A program made the position numbers and the translations under genes. 64,000 nucleotides of DNA, taken from contig OZ024741.1 of NCBI GenBank assembly GCA_964016885.1, positions 222,208,001-222,272,000 of the forward strand, in the 5' to 3' direction. The stretch is from Eledone cirrhosa. Taxonomy: Eukaryota. Below the pieces are notes generated by a model that was not told where the DNA came from, searched no databases, and saw only the letters and a list, made by a program, of their open reading frames with translations. Positions 1-12,981 of the stretch are shown here, in pieces (position 1 is the first letter of the stretch; each line of letters begins with the position of its first letter).

Positions 1-32
1 ATCTATCAACTTAGCAATTTGGAATGTATGCA
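1..32 (+). CDS. CFAP69: CFAP69-like exon, 3' part only (IYQLSNLECMQ); window starts inside it
   Basis: Open frame ending at ca|GTGAGT donor (phase 2), which joins in frame to the exon at 1132. Peptide resembles the recalled vertebrate CFAP69 segment QQLSNLEC. Confidence 0.75.
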
Positions 33-652
33 GTGAGTTGAAAACTTAGATATATTTGTTTCTTTAATATTTTGATTTTTTTTTTATTATAATGGGGTGT
101 CACACCTGTTAGTATATCTATATGAACGAAGGTAAAACAAAAGTATTCACCAGGTGTAATTTCAAACTATCAACAAAAGACTTCATACACACAGTCTAAC
201 TGACAGTACACTTCAGTTATTATTTATAGACATTTCGCCTAGTCCAATTTTAATTATGCGGGGGTGTTCAGGGTTTTTTTCCCTACATTTTTTTAGGTGC
301 TGGTATTTTTGTGTAGTTTTGGGTTTGATCCTACTGTGTGGTACCTTGAAAGGTATCACACAGGTTCATAAAAGGTTCGTGAGAAGCAAGCAAAAAAGAG
401 AACTCTTATTGCCTAAGCTGATCCCAAGTTTTTTTTTTAATTAGACAATGCAATTGGAGTGGACCATGTCTATAAAGCAATTTGGTAAAAACAAGACATG
501 TTTCAACCACATTAGATCTCCTTAGTGAAATATATTCACTTAGCAAGTTGGTTAGACTAGGATACAGTAAAATATATATAGGAAATGGGAAAAAATATGT
601 GCTGATTATGTTTGTCAAGAAAGAGTATAGGCAAAATTGATGTGAATATATA

Positions 653-753
653 CAGGGTGTCTCCCCAAAATATATACACACTTTGATTACCTGTACAGGC
701 AATATTTATTAGAATGCTGTTGAGGTGTGTATACATTTTTTGGGGACACCCTG
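653..753. mobile_element. About 100 bp Tc1/mariner-type MITE
   Basis: TIRs cagggtgtctccccaaaa and ttttggggacaccctg, flanked by TA on both sides. Confidence 0.7.
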
Positions 754-1131
754 TAAGTGAATATAATAAATAGAGTCTTACATTAGGAATGTTCAGATTC
801 TGAGAAGGAAGCAGAGGAGATAACTCCCAAAGAGTGAACTGGTCTAAGTTTCTTTGAACAATTTTAGACATTGTAGTGAGAGTAGGTCTTGTAGATATAT
901 ATAGCATAAATCATAATTTTTATGTCACCTTTTCCAGGATGGAATGGGATGGACAGGATATTTTGAGGCAATGTTTAACAGCCAGATGCTCTTCCAACCC
1001 TTTTAGTCACTTTGTATGACAGGAATACAGTGTACCTATTCTAAACCAGGAAAATACAAAATTAGTTACATTTTATGACGATGTTTCTGTTGTTATAGAT
1101 TTACATAACATTTTTATTAATGTGATTTTAG

Positions 1132-1307
1132 GCAGCTGAAGGAGGCTTTTGTGTACCTGTTAAATGGTGGGTACACTCATTCTGAATTACAACTTCGAAA
1201 TGACTTACTTGTCATCGCATCTCTGATAGCTTCGCAAAAGCCTGATGCTCCATTCATTGAGACAGGATTCCTGCGACAACTAGTTTCCTATGCAATATTC
1301 CCAGAAG
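1132..1307 (+). CDS. CFAP69: CFAP69-like exon (QLKEAFVYLLNGGYTHSELQLRNDLLVIASLIASQKPDAPFIETGFLRQLVSYAIFPE)
   Basis: ttttAG acceptor, G|GTGAGA donor, phases 2 to 1. QLRND.LVI...AP.IE.GF motif recalled from CFAP69/C7orf63. Confidence 0.9.
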
Positions 1308-1596
1308 GTGAGATTTTTTTTTTTTTTCATTCTTCAAATATAATGGTATTAGATATTCTGATATGGACATGTGATGTGTATGGATGATGATCACTGAGTG
1401 AAGGATTGGCCAGAAATATCAGTGGAAGGAAGTTTAAGTAGAGGAGAACCAAAGATGATCTCGACAGGGGTTATGAGAGTTGATCTTAAACTGCTGAAGC
1501 TCACAGAAGAGATGATGAAGGATCACAAGTGGAGGGATGCTGGAAATATCCCTCCCCCAACCCACACAAGCATGGAAAAGTGAACATAAAATGATG

Positions 1597-1962
1597 ATAA
1601 TTGTTTCTACTTTTGGCACAAGGCCAGCAATTACCCAGTACATTACTGGTACTTTATTTTATTGACCCCCGTAAGGATGAAAGGCAAAGTTAACCTCGAC
1701 GGGATTTGAACTCAGACCGTAAAGGGACGTAACTATGCTGGAAAGCATGGCGTCCGACTCTCTACCGATACTGATGATAATTGTTTCTACTTTAGGCACA
1801 AGGCCAGCAATTACCCAGTGCATTACTGGTACTTTATTTTATCGACCCCGTAAGGATGAAAGGCAAAGTCAACCTTGGCGGGATTTGAACTCAGATCGTA
1901 AAGGGACGTAACTATGCTGGAAAGCATGGCGTCCGACCCTCTACCGATACTGCCAATCCACC
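1597..1962 (-). mobile_element. Two tandem copies of tRNA-derived SINE family A (about 185 bp unit)
   Basis: Direct repeat. On the minus strand: A-box-like tggcagtatcgg, B-box gagttcaaatccc, core gcctttcatccttacggggtcgataaaat. Other copies at about 3735-3950, 4365-4680, 4915-5135, 13030-13240, 13777-13920, 17200-17298, 35350-35495. Confidence 0.8.
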
Positions 1963-2357
1963 AATGATGATCAATTTGACACAGAAAAATAAACAACAAC
2001 AGGTCCACCCTCTCTGCAATGTGCACAGACACTCAGCAAGGTAGTGGATTGACAGCAGGCAGGGGTGAATTTGTAGAAGAGAGGATAGATTGGTAGAAAG
2101 TTGAATATTGGTGGCAAGAAAGGGAAATTCGTAGAAGTGGGGTGTTGGATTGGTAGAAATGGGAGGGGCAGAAGAAGGTAGTGTATTAGTTCAAGAGGGG
2201 ATGGTAGAAGAAGGTGGGTAGATTGGTAGACAAGGGTAGTGGATTGGTAGAAGTGGTGGTAAATTGGCCAAAAAACAAGCCTGATCTTGGTTAGTATGGG
2301 AGACAATTCAGACATGTTTCAGACACCTCATGTATATTATAATATACAACACATATA

Positions 2358-3367
2358 TCATCATCAACATCATCATCATTTTTACGTCTGTTTTTCCACA
2401 CTTGCATGGGTTGGTGGGTCCTTTTCAGCACAGCATCTCTCCACAAGCCATGTTCCTTCATCATCTCCTCTGTGAATCTCAGTAATTTGAGGTCAGATCT
2501 CACCACCTCTGCCCAGGTTTTGGTCTATCTCTATTGTGGCTTCTCTCATTTGGGATTTTATGGCACATCTTCACCCAGCGATCATTGTCCATTCGCATCA
2601 CATGTCGAAACCAACAAAGTCTTGTCTCCTGTACACCACCTCAGATTCTTCTTAAACCCATCTTCCCTCTCAGCTTATCCAAGCTTGGCCTTTCTCTCAC
2701 ACTTACATTGCACATCCAACGAAGCATGGTTGCTTCATTTCTCTCCAGCTTACGCATGGCCTCTGCAGTCACAACCCATGTTTCACTTCCATGCAGCATC
2801 GCACTTTGCACACAGGCATCATACAGTCATCCTTTTGTATGTAGGGAGAAACCTTTGGTGGTTAGCTGGGAGTAGGTTTCTAAACCTTTTCCAACCTATT
2901 CTTACTCTGGCAATTATGCTCTCAGAGCACCCTCCTCTGCTGCTAATTAAGTCGTCTAGATAGCAGAAGTTATCAACCACTTCTATAGGCCCTTCCTGTG
3001 ACTGAAAAAGGTTTATATCACGAGCTCTCTTCCCTTCAGTTACCCCTGTGCATGTTTTAAATACAAAGTCTTACCTTCCTGTTAGTCTACCTGTTATCCC
3101 ACTACATCTCTTCTGTACATTGTGTACATCGTATGGAGTTTATGCCTACTCCCTTTCTACATAGTGAGCAGGGCCACTTCCCTGAAGGAATCAGGGTCCT
3201 ATCTTCTCTCCTACTCACTAACTCTTTAGTTTTGACTAAGTTTACTCTCAGACCTTGTGATTCCAAATTCTGTTTCTATAGTTGGAACTTATTTTCTAGT
3301 TCTTTTATGGATTCGGCTATTAGGACTAGATCATGTGTATAGAGAAGTTCCCATGAACAGCTGGTCC
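2358..3367 (-). mobile_element. Degenerate 3' fragment of an RTE-clade LINE
   Basis: Homologous to the RT C-terminal region of the 18056-19630 ORF (CSWELLY, GRLYDACV); (CAT)n tail at about 2358-2378. Confidence 0.8.
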
Positions 3368-4144
3368 TATATATATAGATATATATATATAAGGGCTCCT
3401 TTATCACTAATTTGATAAGTACAGAGATGGCCGTGGAAGTCAAATAAGACCGAAAACAGACAATGCAATGGTGGGGTTTAGATATGAACCATTGAGCTCC
3501 CACCTGTTGGTTTTATATTCTGAAATCAACACAACAGTCAACCACACTGTCCAGTATAGTGAAACAGTGTTGTAGATTCTTTAACCATTTTGATACCTAA
3601 CTGTTTGAAAGTATCTCTAGATCTGTGATGCAAAGCTGTTTATTTTAAAGTGTTTTTATCTTTCTAAAATCCTTTTCTAATAATTTTATGTAAGAATCTT
3701 TATTAAATTATACATCAAACACCAGCTCAATAATGGTTTCTAATATAGGCATAAGGCCAGCAATTTGGGGCGAGGATAAAGTCGATTTCATTGACTCGAG
3801 TACTTGACTGGCACTTTATTTTACCAACCTCGCTAGGATGAAAGGCAAAGTTCACTTTGGCAGGATTTCAACTTAGAATATAAAGTGCCATAGCAAATAG
3901 TGTAAAGGCATTTTGTCCAATGCTGTAACAATTCTGCTAATCCACCACACCCACACCAGCTGAATAATGAGAAATCTCTCCAAATTCTTAATCAAAATGA
4001 TTCAAAAAGTCATAGACAGAATCTTTCATTAGAAATAGAGTAACAAAAGATATAAGTATTTAACCCATCACACTATTTCTATACTGATCCCATTTACTTT
4101 AATTTTAACTGTTTTAACTTATTTGTTTGTACATTCTTTTTCAG

Positions 4145-4266
4145 TGAAAACAAATTCTCCATTTGTTAAACATCTTAAGTTGAAGAAATGCCATGAAGAT
4201 TTTGAGATGAAGAAACTTCTCCATTGCCTCCTTTGTTCACTTGCTCAGCAGTCAGCATCTTTACCA
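4145..4266 (+). CDS. CFAP69: CFAP69-like exon (VKTNSPFVKHLKLKKCHEDFEMKKLLHCLLCSLAQQSASLP)
   Basis: Polypyrimidine tract plus cAG acceptor, GTAAAG donor, phases 1 to 0. EDFE(L/M)KKLL motif of CFAP69. Confidence 0.9.
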
Positions 4267-5570
4267 GTAAAGTTGTTTAAAATCCTAACACATGTTGTTG
4301 ATGATGATGGTAGTGGTGGTGATGTTGTTGTAGTTGAATAACTAGGATAATTAATTGTATCAAGTAGGTGGTTGATTGGCAGAATTGACAGAATACCATT
4401 TTATTATTTGTTCTGGCTCTTCTGAGTTCAAATCCCTTTCATCCTTACAGGGTCGATAAAATAAAGTACTAGTCACGTACTGGGGTCGATTTAATCAACT
4501 TTCTCCTTCCCTTCAAAATTGCTGGCCTTGTGCCTAAATCAGAAACCATTATTTGTGCTGGCTCTTTAAATTCTGAGTTTAAATCCAACTGAGGTCAACT
4601 TTACCAAGTACCATGGCTGATTTAATCAATTTTGCCCATCCCCCAAAATTTGCTGGCCTTGTGCCTAAATTAGAAATCATTAATTGTGATAAAATAGGCA
4701 GATTTTCTTTTATTGTTTAGTAATGGAGGAAAGGCTAGTGTGCATGGCCCTTTACTTATTTAGTAGCTCAGAGACTGGTAGGAGAAAAGAAAGAAGTTAT
4801 CCCCAAACTAGAAATTTTGTCTGCATCTTTGCAATACAGTGAGGTTTATTAACATTTCCATTACTATATTTCTAATGAAATACATTGTATTTGAATTAAT
4901 TAATGAAGAATGAGGGTGGTGGAGTGACAGAATCATTAGAACAACAGATAAAATGCTTTGCTGAATTTGTTCATGCTCTTTACATTCTGAGTTTAAATCC
5001 CATCAAGGTTAACTTTGCCTTTCATCTTTCTGGGTTCAATAAAATAAAGTACCAATCAAATACTGGGGTTGATATAATTGACTTGCACTTTCCCTCAAAT
5101 TGCTGGCTTTGTACCAATGTTAGAAAGAATTATTAAGATGCCTTGTGATTAAATTTGGTAGCTGGAAACTGTCAGGAAGCCCATTGTATGTATGTATGTC
5201 TATGTGTGTTTCTGGGTATCTTTGTATCAACACCGTTTAAACAAGCATAAACAATACATTTCACAGTTAGCTGGTTCAACCAAGATAAGTGGTATAAAAA
5301 AACTATACCTAACACTAATCAAGTATGACTTGGTAGCATGAACCACACTGTTGCTAAAGGTTTTAGGTGCCCATATAGTCACAAGCTAACACAGACACCC
5401 TCTCAATCCTGCTTCCTTTGATTCAGGGGAATATCCATGATGATACATCTGGAAAGAAAGAGGACTGCACCAGCACTGGGCTGGTACATTCTTTTTTCAA
5501 CCCTAAAAGAATGAAAGGCAAAGTGACCGTGGCAATATTTGTACTCGGAATGCAGAGACCCAAAACATAT

Positions 5571-5935
5571 TTAGTATTCTGCCAGACCCAGGATTATTTA
5601 CTTGAGTAAATATCACCGGAATCTAACTACTAAATTTTATACAGAAAAGGATAAGATATATTTACAAAACACCATATCGAATACAAGTCTTCATTTTATT
5701 GTAACTCCGTTATAATTGTTGTACACAAATATCCTCGTACATATTTAGGTATAGTCCAAGCCCGTGATTAACATGTTCATCTTCAGTGTTGTCAGTTCGA
5801 AGGAAAGGCGCCAAAGAGAGAAAGAGCGGGATGTGTTGCCGCTATTTATAACCTCTTTCCAGAAGTTGCAAAAGAGGGTTCTAGACTTTCGACGGGAAGT
5901 AACTCTAACTACTTCCCTGTCTAGAGAGCGCTACA
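5571..5935 (-). mobile_element. Solo LTR (Gypsy-like), inserted into a SINE family A copy
   Basis: 5-bp TSD CATAT at 5566-5570 and 5936-5940. Minus strand begins TGTAG, contains TATAAATAG and AATAAA, and ends ctggcagaatactaa. SINE halves lie on either side. Confidence 0.7.
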
Positions 5936-6247
5936 CATATATCTGTTCTAATGACTCTACCACCTTACAAAGCAATATATACAATATTTAAAAATTAAGT
6001 AAGAGTTGATGTCAGGAAGGGCATCTGATCATAAAAAAAAATGTTGTGCTGGTATGGAAAATCAGATATAAAAACGATGATAATGAAGATGCCACTATCA
6101 TTGTCACAGTGTGTTTGTGGTAGTAGTGGGGGAGGGGTTGCAACTGCAGCAACGATTTGTGCTGGATGGTGTTGTGTGTTGTCAGTACCAAATGTAATTT
6201 GTGTTGATAAGTGATTTTGAGAAATGAATTTATTATCATCTTTGTAG

Positions 6248-6467
6248 ATTCTTCAAGAGGGTCAGTTGCTCCCTGGACTGTTTTTCTATATACAAAACAT
6301 TGAGAGTGGTGTATCTGAATTTGGATGGTCATCTTCAGAATACGAAGAACTGCAGCTACATGCTCTATCCTGCCTGTCTATTTTATGTCCACTCATGCTG
6401 GACAGCTTTGTGGCTTATAAGGGTGTTACCCAGGTTTTGTTATTTTTGAAATGGGCTATGACTAACA
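6248..6467 (+). CDS. CFAP69: CFAP69-like exon (ILQEGQLLPGLFFYIQ...WSSSEYEELQLHALSCLSILCP...WAMTN)
   Basis: tttgtAG acceptor, GTAAGT donor, phases 0 to 1. WS...EELQLHA motif of CFAP69. Confidence 0.92.
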
Positions 6468-6609
6468 GTAAGTATTTTCTGGTTGATAATGCCTTATTAG
6501 ACTTCCACATACCACTTCACACACACACACACACACACACACGCAAACACATACACCCACACACACATGCACACATTGCATCACTTTTATATGTAAAATT
6601 GTATATTTA

Positions 6610-6815
6610 ACTGTCACTTGTATGTCATTTGACATATTTGGTTGTCACATGTCATGTCACATGACATATTTGGCTGTCACATATGTCATATGTTTGGCTG
6701 TTACATGTCATATCACATGACATTTTTGGCTATCATTTGTCACATGACATATTTGACTGTCACATATCTTATGACATGTTTGAATGTCACATATCACTTG
6801 AAACATATATGACTG
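6610..6815. repeat. Degenerate minisatellite (gtcacat/gacatattt units)
   Basis: Repeated tgtcacat/atgacat motifs seen directly. Confidence 0.7.
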
Positions 6816-7406
6816 TAAAATGTTACAAAACATAATTGACGTGTCACGTGTCACCTGGTGTGTACTGTGTGGAAGCCCACTGAGATGTGAAGACCTTATC
6901 CAACACATCACCTGGTATATGTATGGTCCTAAACTCCAAATAGAGAGACTTGTGTTGCTTTTAATCAAGCGAAATTATATTGTCTTGACATCAATGATGA
7001 AGATGCTGCTTCTGCTGCTGATGATGATTTTGCTGTACTGTCTGAATCTCACTGACTTCTTACAATCATGCTTGGCCAGTGCTGGATTCACCCATATGAA
7101 AAATAAGCACATGCTTAGGACATCAAGGGAACAAGGGCACCATTTTATTCAAATTAATTGTATTTGTCATTCCCAAAAAACTTTTTGCAGACTTTATATA
7201 TGGAAGGGGAGGGGGTATCATAATCTTTTACATTCTTAGGACCATGAAAGGATTTCTTAATCCATCCTTGGGTTTAGGTGAAATGAAAACAAATTTATTA
7301 ATTAAAAACGAAAAAAGGGTTCCTAGCTTCTTTGTAACTTATAACTGCCGATGAGAGGGTGAAAGAAGTCTTCTTTTTCATTTAAAAATCTTTAATTTCA
7401 TTTCAG

Positions 7407-7571
7407 ATAATTTTAAGGGACATGGTAACAGCTTCTTAGGAGAAGGGAGCCGTGGTACAAAGATTGCTCAAAGAAGACTTTGTTTGAGACTTCTGTTTAA
7501 TATTGTAGCCACAAGGAATGAAGAAGTTTTATCAGATTTTGTAGATCAAGGAATTTTAAGTCTTCTAACTT
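7407..7571 (+). CDS. CFAP69: CFAP69-like exon (NNFKGHGNSFLGEGSRGTKIAQRRLCLRLLFNIVATRNEEVLSDFVDQGILSLLT)
   Basis: tttcAG acceptor, GTAAGT donor, phases 1 to 1. HGNSF.G.G.RG.K.AQ motif of CFAP69. Not in the ORF track; translated by hand. Confidence 0.92.
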
Positions 7572-7721
7572 GTAAGTAACATTTTTGATTTTCATCATCA
7601 TCATTGTTTAATGTTTGCGTTCCCTGCTAGCAAGTGTTTGATGGATCGTCTGCAGATTGGGTTGGTATCGACGCCACGGTGGGCCAGGTGCCTTCATCTC
7701 GCTTATATTCCTGCACCATAC

Positions 7722-7819
7722 CAAGTGCTCAGATGGGCTGGCAACCTGTGAGGTTCATATGACCTTGTGCAAGTGCTCAGATGGGCTGGCAACCTGTGAG
7801 GTTCATATGACCTTGTGCA
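7722..7819. repeat. Perfect tandem duplication of about 48 bp
   Basis: caagtgctcagatgggctggcaacctgtgaggttcatatgaccttgtgc occurs twice. Confidence 0.9.
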
Positions 7820-8289
7820 CTAGCCAGTGCATTTTATCCTGACATCAGCACTAGGTAGATTATTATGTCTTGACTCAGCTGAAGAATCCTAACTCTTTGG
7901 TCTATTTTCTACAGCTCGATATCTTACCTATTACCATCCACTCTATAGTGTACTGGGTATGCTTATCATGTATGGGATATAAAAACACAACGTAAAGACA
8001 AATGTGGGGACACACACATATAATAGCCTTCTATACATATTCTGTCTACTTGAATTCCACTCACAGGTATTAGTCAACTTCAGGTTATAGTAGAAGACAT
8101 TTGCCGAAGATGCCACAGATACTGGCTATAAGTACGGTAACATTGAATTGAGTTGGACTATGATGAGGGATCCAACCCATACCAGCATAGAAAGTGGACA
8201 TAAAATTATATATATATGAGTATTTTGCCTAGCTACAATTTATCATCTCTTCACATTTTTCTTTATATTCTTCTTCTTTGCCCACTTAT

Positions 8290-8715
8290 TCCTGAGAGGG
8301 CAGTAGTCCTCAAACACTCCTTTCAGTGGGTCCTGTCAGAAGCAACTGTCTCCAACTGATCTGGTTGGATCCCCAAGTATGACAGCCAAGCTCATGGATG
8401 TTATCCAATGGTCTTGTTCGAGGTCTACCCCTGGGTCTCTTGCCGGTTGGTTTTACCTGTAAAATCTGTCTAGTAATTCTTTCTTCAGACATTCTAACCA
8501 CATATCCATAGTATCAGAGATGTGATCCATTTGGAGAAGTAGTGGCTCTACCTGGAGCAACTCTTTGATCTTTGAGCTATGCACTTTATCGAGTAACGTT
8601 ACTCCAAAGTATGGAGGAATGCCATTTTGGTCGCTTGTATTCACGATTGTATTCTTTCGACCATTACCCAAGATTTGTGATCATAGGTAAGGGTTGGCAC
8701 GAATACTGAATTGAA
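8290..8715 (-). mobile_element. Old RTE-like LINE 3' fragment (different family)
   Basis: Frameshifted ORF pieces GVTLLDKVHSSKIKELLQVEPLL and VRMSEERITRQIL..KPTGKRPRGRPRTR, typical of the RTE C-terminus. Confidence 0.7.
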
Positions 8716-9108
8716 GATAGTTTATATATTTATACTTTCTTGAGTATTCACTGAATAATTAATTTTTTTATCTGCCTTAATTCATTCTCTATTGTTTTCC
8801 TTCCATGTGGCATGTTTACTCACCTGATTAATAAAAAGCGTTGTTTCTGAAGAATGACAGTAGAAAAGATGTATTTTTTCCTTCTTTGAGGTACCTGATA
8901 GTATGGAGTTACACAACTACCATTGATTAGTCTGCACATTGATATTTTTTCTTTCAGAAACGAACATAAAGCAATGAATAATTATTACCTCACTTTATTT
9001 TTCTTATTCTTTCACTGTTTAGCTTTATATATATATATATGTACTGTGTCATTTGCTTTGTTATTTCTGTTTACCTTTTACACACACACAAACACATATA
9101 TATATATA

Positions 9109-9324
9109 CAGTGTGTTCACTTTTTATGCAAAGATGCGTTCGAGAATGCGGCGTGTAAAGCAAATTCATGTAATTCAATATTATATTTCTGATAAATAAA
9201 AAAAATAAAAAACCATACGCATTATAGTGCGTTATTCACGCAAAGTGAATATTTAATAATATATTTTCAAGAGGCGTTAAAGCGAATTCGCGTACTTCAA
9301 TTTCACATAAAAAGTGAACAGACT
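9109..9324. mobile_element. About 215 bp Tc1/mariner-type MITE
   Basis: TIRs cagtgtgttcactttttatg and cataaaaagtgaacagact, in a TA context. An isolated TIR fragment also lies at about 12459. Confidence 0.65.
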
Positions 9325-9329
9325 ATATA

Positions 9330-10218
9330 CAGGGTGTGGACGATATTTGTTCGCAAGATTACTGTATAGGAAAAAATAACACAGTAGTTTTATTTTTTAA
9401 GATATATTTATCAAACTTGGGTCAGTTTGTCTTCATGACTTGTTCTTTCGATCTCACTCGATAAACCCGCCATTGGCTTTGATGACGGCCTCAAGGCGGC
9501 CTCGGAACCGGCTACAGGCCTTTGTCACTGTCCCCCGACTTAGGCCCCAAAAGGCACTTGTGATCCTGGCCTTCAGATTGTCTTTCATATTGCAGCTAGA
9601 TCTGTTGGTGTCTCGTTCCACTGTGCCTCACACAAAGAAGTCGAGGGGTTTGCAGTCAGGCGAGCTGGGAGGCCAGATGTCAGGTGAAGTGTGGTCGACG
9701 AAGTTCTCTGACAGCCAGGCTTGGGTCTTTCAGCTGGTATGGCAGGGCGCTGAATCTTGCTGCCACACATACGGCCTACCTGCAGCTACCTGGTCGATCC
9801 AGGGCTTTACTACCTCGCTCAGAACGTGGATGTAGCCATCGGTGTTCAGCTTGAGGCCCTTAGGGAAGAAGTGAGGTGGCATTACGTCACCTTGACTGCT
9901 GACGACACCTAAGACCAATGTTGTCGCTGGAAACTTTGTCTGCATGACTCTGGGCACGTCTTTGGATGAGACAGCGAGCCACCTGTTGTTCTGGGAGTTG
10001 ATCTTCTGGTCTTATTTGTCCTCCCGGCGTGGATTCCAAGAAGAACTCTGTGTCTCTTCCACAAATTTGGAGGTTCAAAATTATTCATAATCAATTATTC
10101 TGAAAATAAATAATGGAAATATAGTCACTGTTTTTATGAAGACAAAAGTGACAACGGAAGTAAAAAAAATTTGCATAAAATTAGTAGTTGAAAATTGCGA
10201 ACAAATATCGTCCACACC

Positions 10219-10221
<3 letters not shown>
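9330..10221 (-). mobile_element. Internally deleted DD37D (maT-type) Tc1/mariner transposon
   Basis: Perfect 27-bp TIRs cagggtgtggacgatatttgttcgcaa with TA flanks. Transposase remnant WQQDSAPCHTS*...WPPSSPDCKPLDF has 37 residues between the 2nd and 3rd Asp and an in-frame stop. Confidence 0.85.
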
Positions 10222-10253
<32 letters not shown>

Positions 10254-10879
10254 CAAATAACGAAACGAAATTAAATTTCGTTTCGTTTGTAACTCACTTT
10301 TGTATGACTGACGCTTAAACAATTAAGTTAAAAATGTACATCCATATATGTATACTGAAATACTAGTATGCATATGAATACACACACGTATACATATGTA
10401 GATGTACCAAGTCTTTCACTGGTTACTTTACTGTGAGTATCCAGCTATTCTGTATGTAAACACACAGACAAACCGGTTTTTAGAGTCATACTGGTTTTTG
10501 AGGAAACACCTTTCCTCTATTCTCCAAAAGCCAGACAAGGAATGTATACGTGTGTGTATTCATATGCATACTAGTATTTCAGTATACATATATGGATGTA
10601 CATTTTTAACTTAATTGTTTATATATATATATATATGAGGAAATTGTAGTTTACTTGAAGTATTGTGTAGTGAGATATAAACGTTTGGAGTTAGAAGGCC
10701 AGAACAATGCAGGTATGGATATAGAATATAAATACAAATGCAAAAGATATTACTGACAATTAGTCTTTTACCTTAAATTTATTTGAATATCCTTAATTTT
10801 CGAGATAATATCTCTTCTTCGGAGGGAAGTAAAGGGGTTAATCCAGTTCTAATTAGCTAGCCAAGTATTTATATTCTAT

Positions 10880-12403
10880 ATCCTAGCATTCGTCGATCAT
10901 GAGAAAGCCTTTGACAGAGTTCCACGTGCTATAATCTGGTGGGCTCTTAGAAAACTAGGAGTAGATGAATGGCTTGTGAAAGCTGTACAAGCCATGTATA
11001 GGGGAGCAGTCAGCAAAGTTAGGATTAGCAATGAGTATAGCGAGGAATTTAGCTAACAGGTTGGTGTCCACCAGGGCTCTGTTCTTAGCCTTCTCCTGTT
11101 CATCATAGTCCTGCAGGCAATAACGGAGGAGTTTAAGACCGGATGCCCATGGGAACTCCTGTATGTAGATGGCTTCGCACTTATAGCTGAATCTATGGTA
11201 GAACTAGAGAATAAATTCCAAACTTGGAAGCAGGGACTAGAAAGAAAAGGTCTCAAAGTCAACATGACAAAGACTAAGTAGACGAGAAAACAGAACCCAG
11301 ATCCCCTCAGGGAAATGGCCTTGCTCAGTATGTAGGAAAGGTGTAGGTAGGAACTCAAATGCAAACAATGGGTACACAAGAGATGTAGCGGGATCTCAGA
11401 AAGCTTAATTAAGAATGTAGGCTTCACATGTAGCAGCTGTGCTGGGACAGCAAGCAGCAAACAGCCACAGGAAACAAGTACCACCAATCTCTGGGAGGGC
11501 ACTGTAGAAACAGTAGACAGCTTCTGCTACCTAGGTGACCGAATTAGCAGCGGAGGTGGGTGTTCAGAAAGTTCAATAACTAGGGTAAGAAAGGGATGGA
11601 AGAAGTTCAGGGAACTACTGCCACTGCTAGCTGCAAAAGGCTTCTCTCTCAAAATGAAAGGCAGACTGTATGATGCGTGTATCCAAACAGCAATGTTACA
11701 TGGTAGTGAGACCTGGGCACTGAAGGTGGAAGACTTACGTAGATTAGAAAGAAACGAAGTCTGCATGCTGCGATGGAGGTGTAATAGTAATATACGCGAA
11801 CGGCAAAGCATAAATGAATTGAGAGAGAGACTGAGCATAAGAGGAATCAAATGCTGTGTGCAGGAGAGGCGGTTGCGTTGGTATGGACATGTGATGCGTA
11901 TGAAGGATGACAGCTGCATAAAAAGGTGCAGAGCACTAGAAGTCAATGGAAACTGCGGAGTGGGGAGACCGAAGAAGACCTGGGATGAGGTGATAAAAGC
12001 CGACCTTACCCAATTACACCTCTCAAAGGCGATGACACACGACCATGACCTCTGGCGTCACGCAGTAATACAGAGTACCCGACCTCCCATGGGTACAAGC
12101 TGAAGCATATAGACAATATGCCCCCCACACCCCCCACCGCAAGGTGGTCGTGGAGATGCCACGGCAAAACAGCACCCAGCCCACTGTAAAGTGGACGTGT
12201 AGGCACCACGGGAAAAAAGCACCCAGCACTCACTGTAAATGAGGTTGGTGTTAGGAAGGGCATCCAGCTGTAGAAATCAAGCCAAAATCAGTTCCTGTAT
12301 GAGCAAGGCATGGTCAGCCGACCAGACACTGCCCACAACAAGACAACCCGTCTAACCTATGCTAGCGTGGAAGAACGGACGTAAAACGGTGATGATGATG
12401 ATG
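10880..12403 (+). mobile_element. 5'-truncated RTE LINE
   Basis: RT motifs (EKAFDRVP, GVHQGSVLS, WELLY), ORF 11654-12103, shared 3' UTR and (GAT)n tail. Confidence 0.9.
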
Positions 12404-12865
12404 ATCCATACCTGCATTGTTCTGGCCTTCTAACTCCAAACGTTTATATATATATATACAGTCTGTTCACTTTTATATATATATAGTAATAATAATAATA
12501 GTAATAATAAATGTGAAGACTAAAATCCAAAAGAGGGCTCGATAAGGATTATATTTATATATATAAAATATATATAAATCCGTAGAGAAAATATTTATTA
12601 TAAGAACAGATTAAAATTTAAGCAAAGAATCGCTGCTTTCACCCATAACAAGATCTTCTGAAACTAAAAAAATCAATATGTGGACGCAGAAGTAAATATT
12701 TTGAAAAATGTTACAATTGAAGGAAAACAGGAAGTGTATATATATATATACATACACACACATAGGGAAACTGGACTAGAGTAATCTGTTTTGATGAAAT
12801 CACTTTATTTTATGACACATAATCATTTAAATAATGTCTGTGTGTCTATATATTTTATCTACTAG

Positions 12866-12981
12866 CCCTGCTGAGTGTATCAATAGAAGACATATCTACC
12901 AGCACTGCCCTAGATAATGAAATGAAGTCAACCATCTTTCTGATTTTTGCAATTCTTTGTGAAGGTGATATTCATAGAAAG
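12866..12981 (+). CDS. CFAP69: CFAP69-like exon (SLLSVSIEDISTSTALDNEMKSTIFLIFAILCEGDIHRK)
   Basis: tactAG acceptor, AAG|GTAAGG donor, phases 1 to 0. LCE..I.RK motif at the exon end. Confidence 0.88.

Noticed and set aside
4721-4797. Possible extra exon (tttAG...MEERLVCMALYLF...GT)
   Set aside because: Phase is incompatible with the neighbouring exons, and the exons at 4145 and 6248 already join into continuous CFAP69-like sequence.
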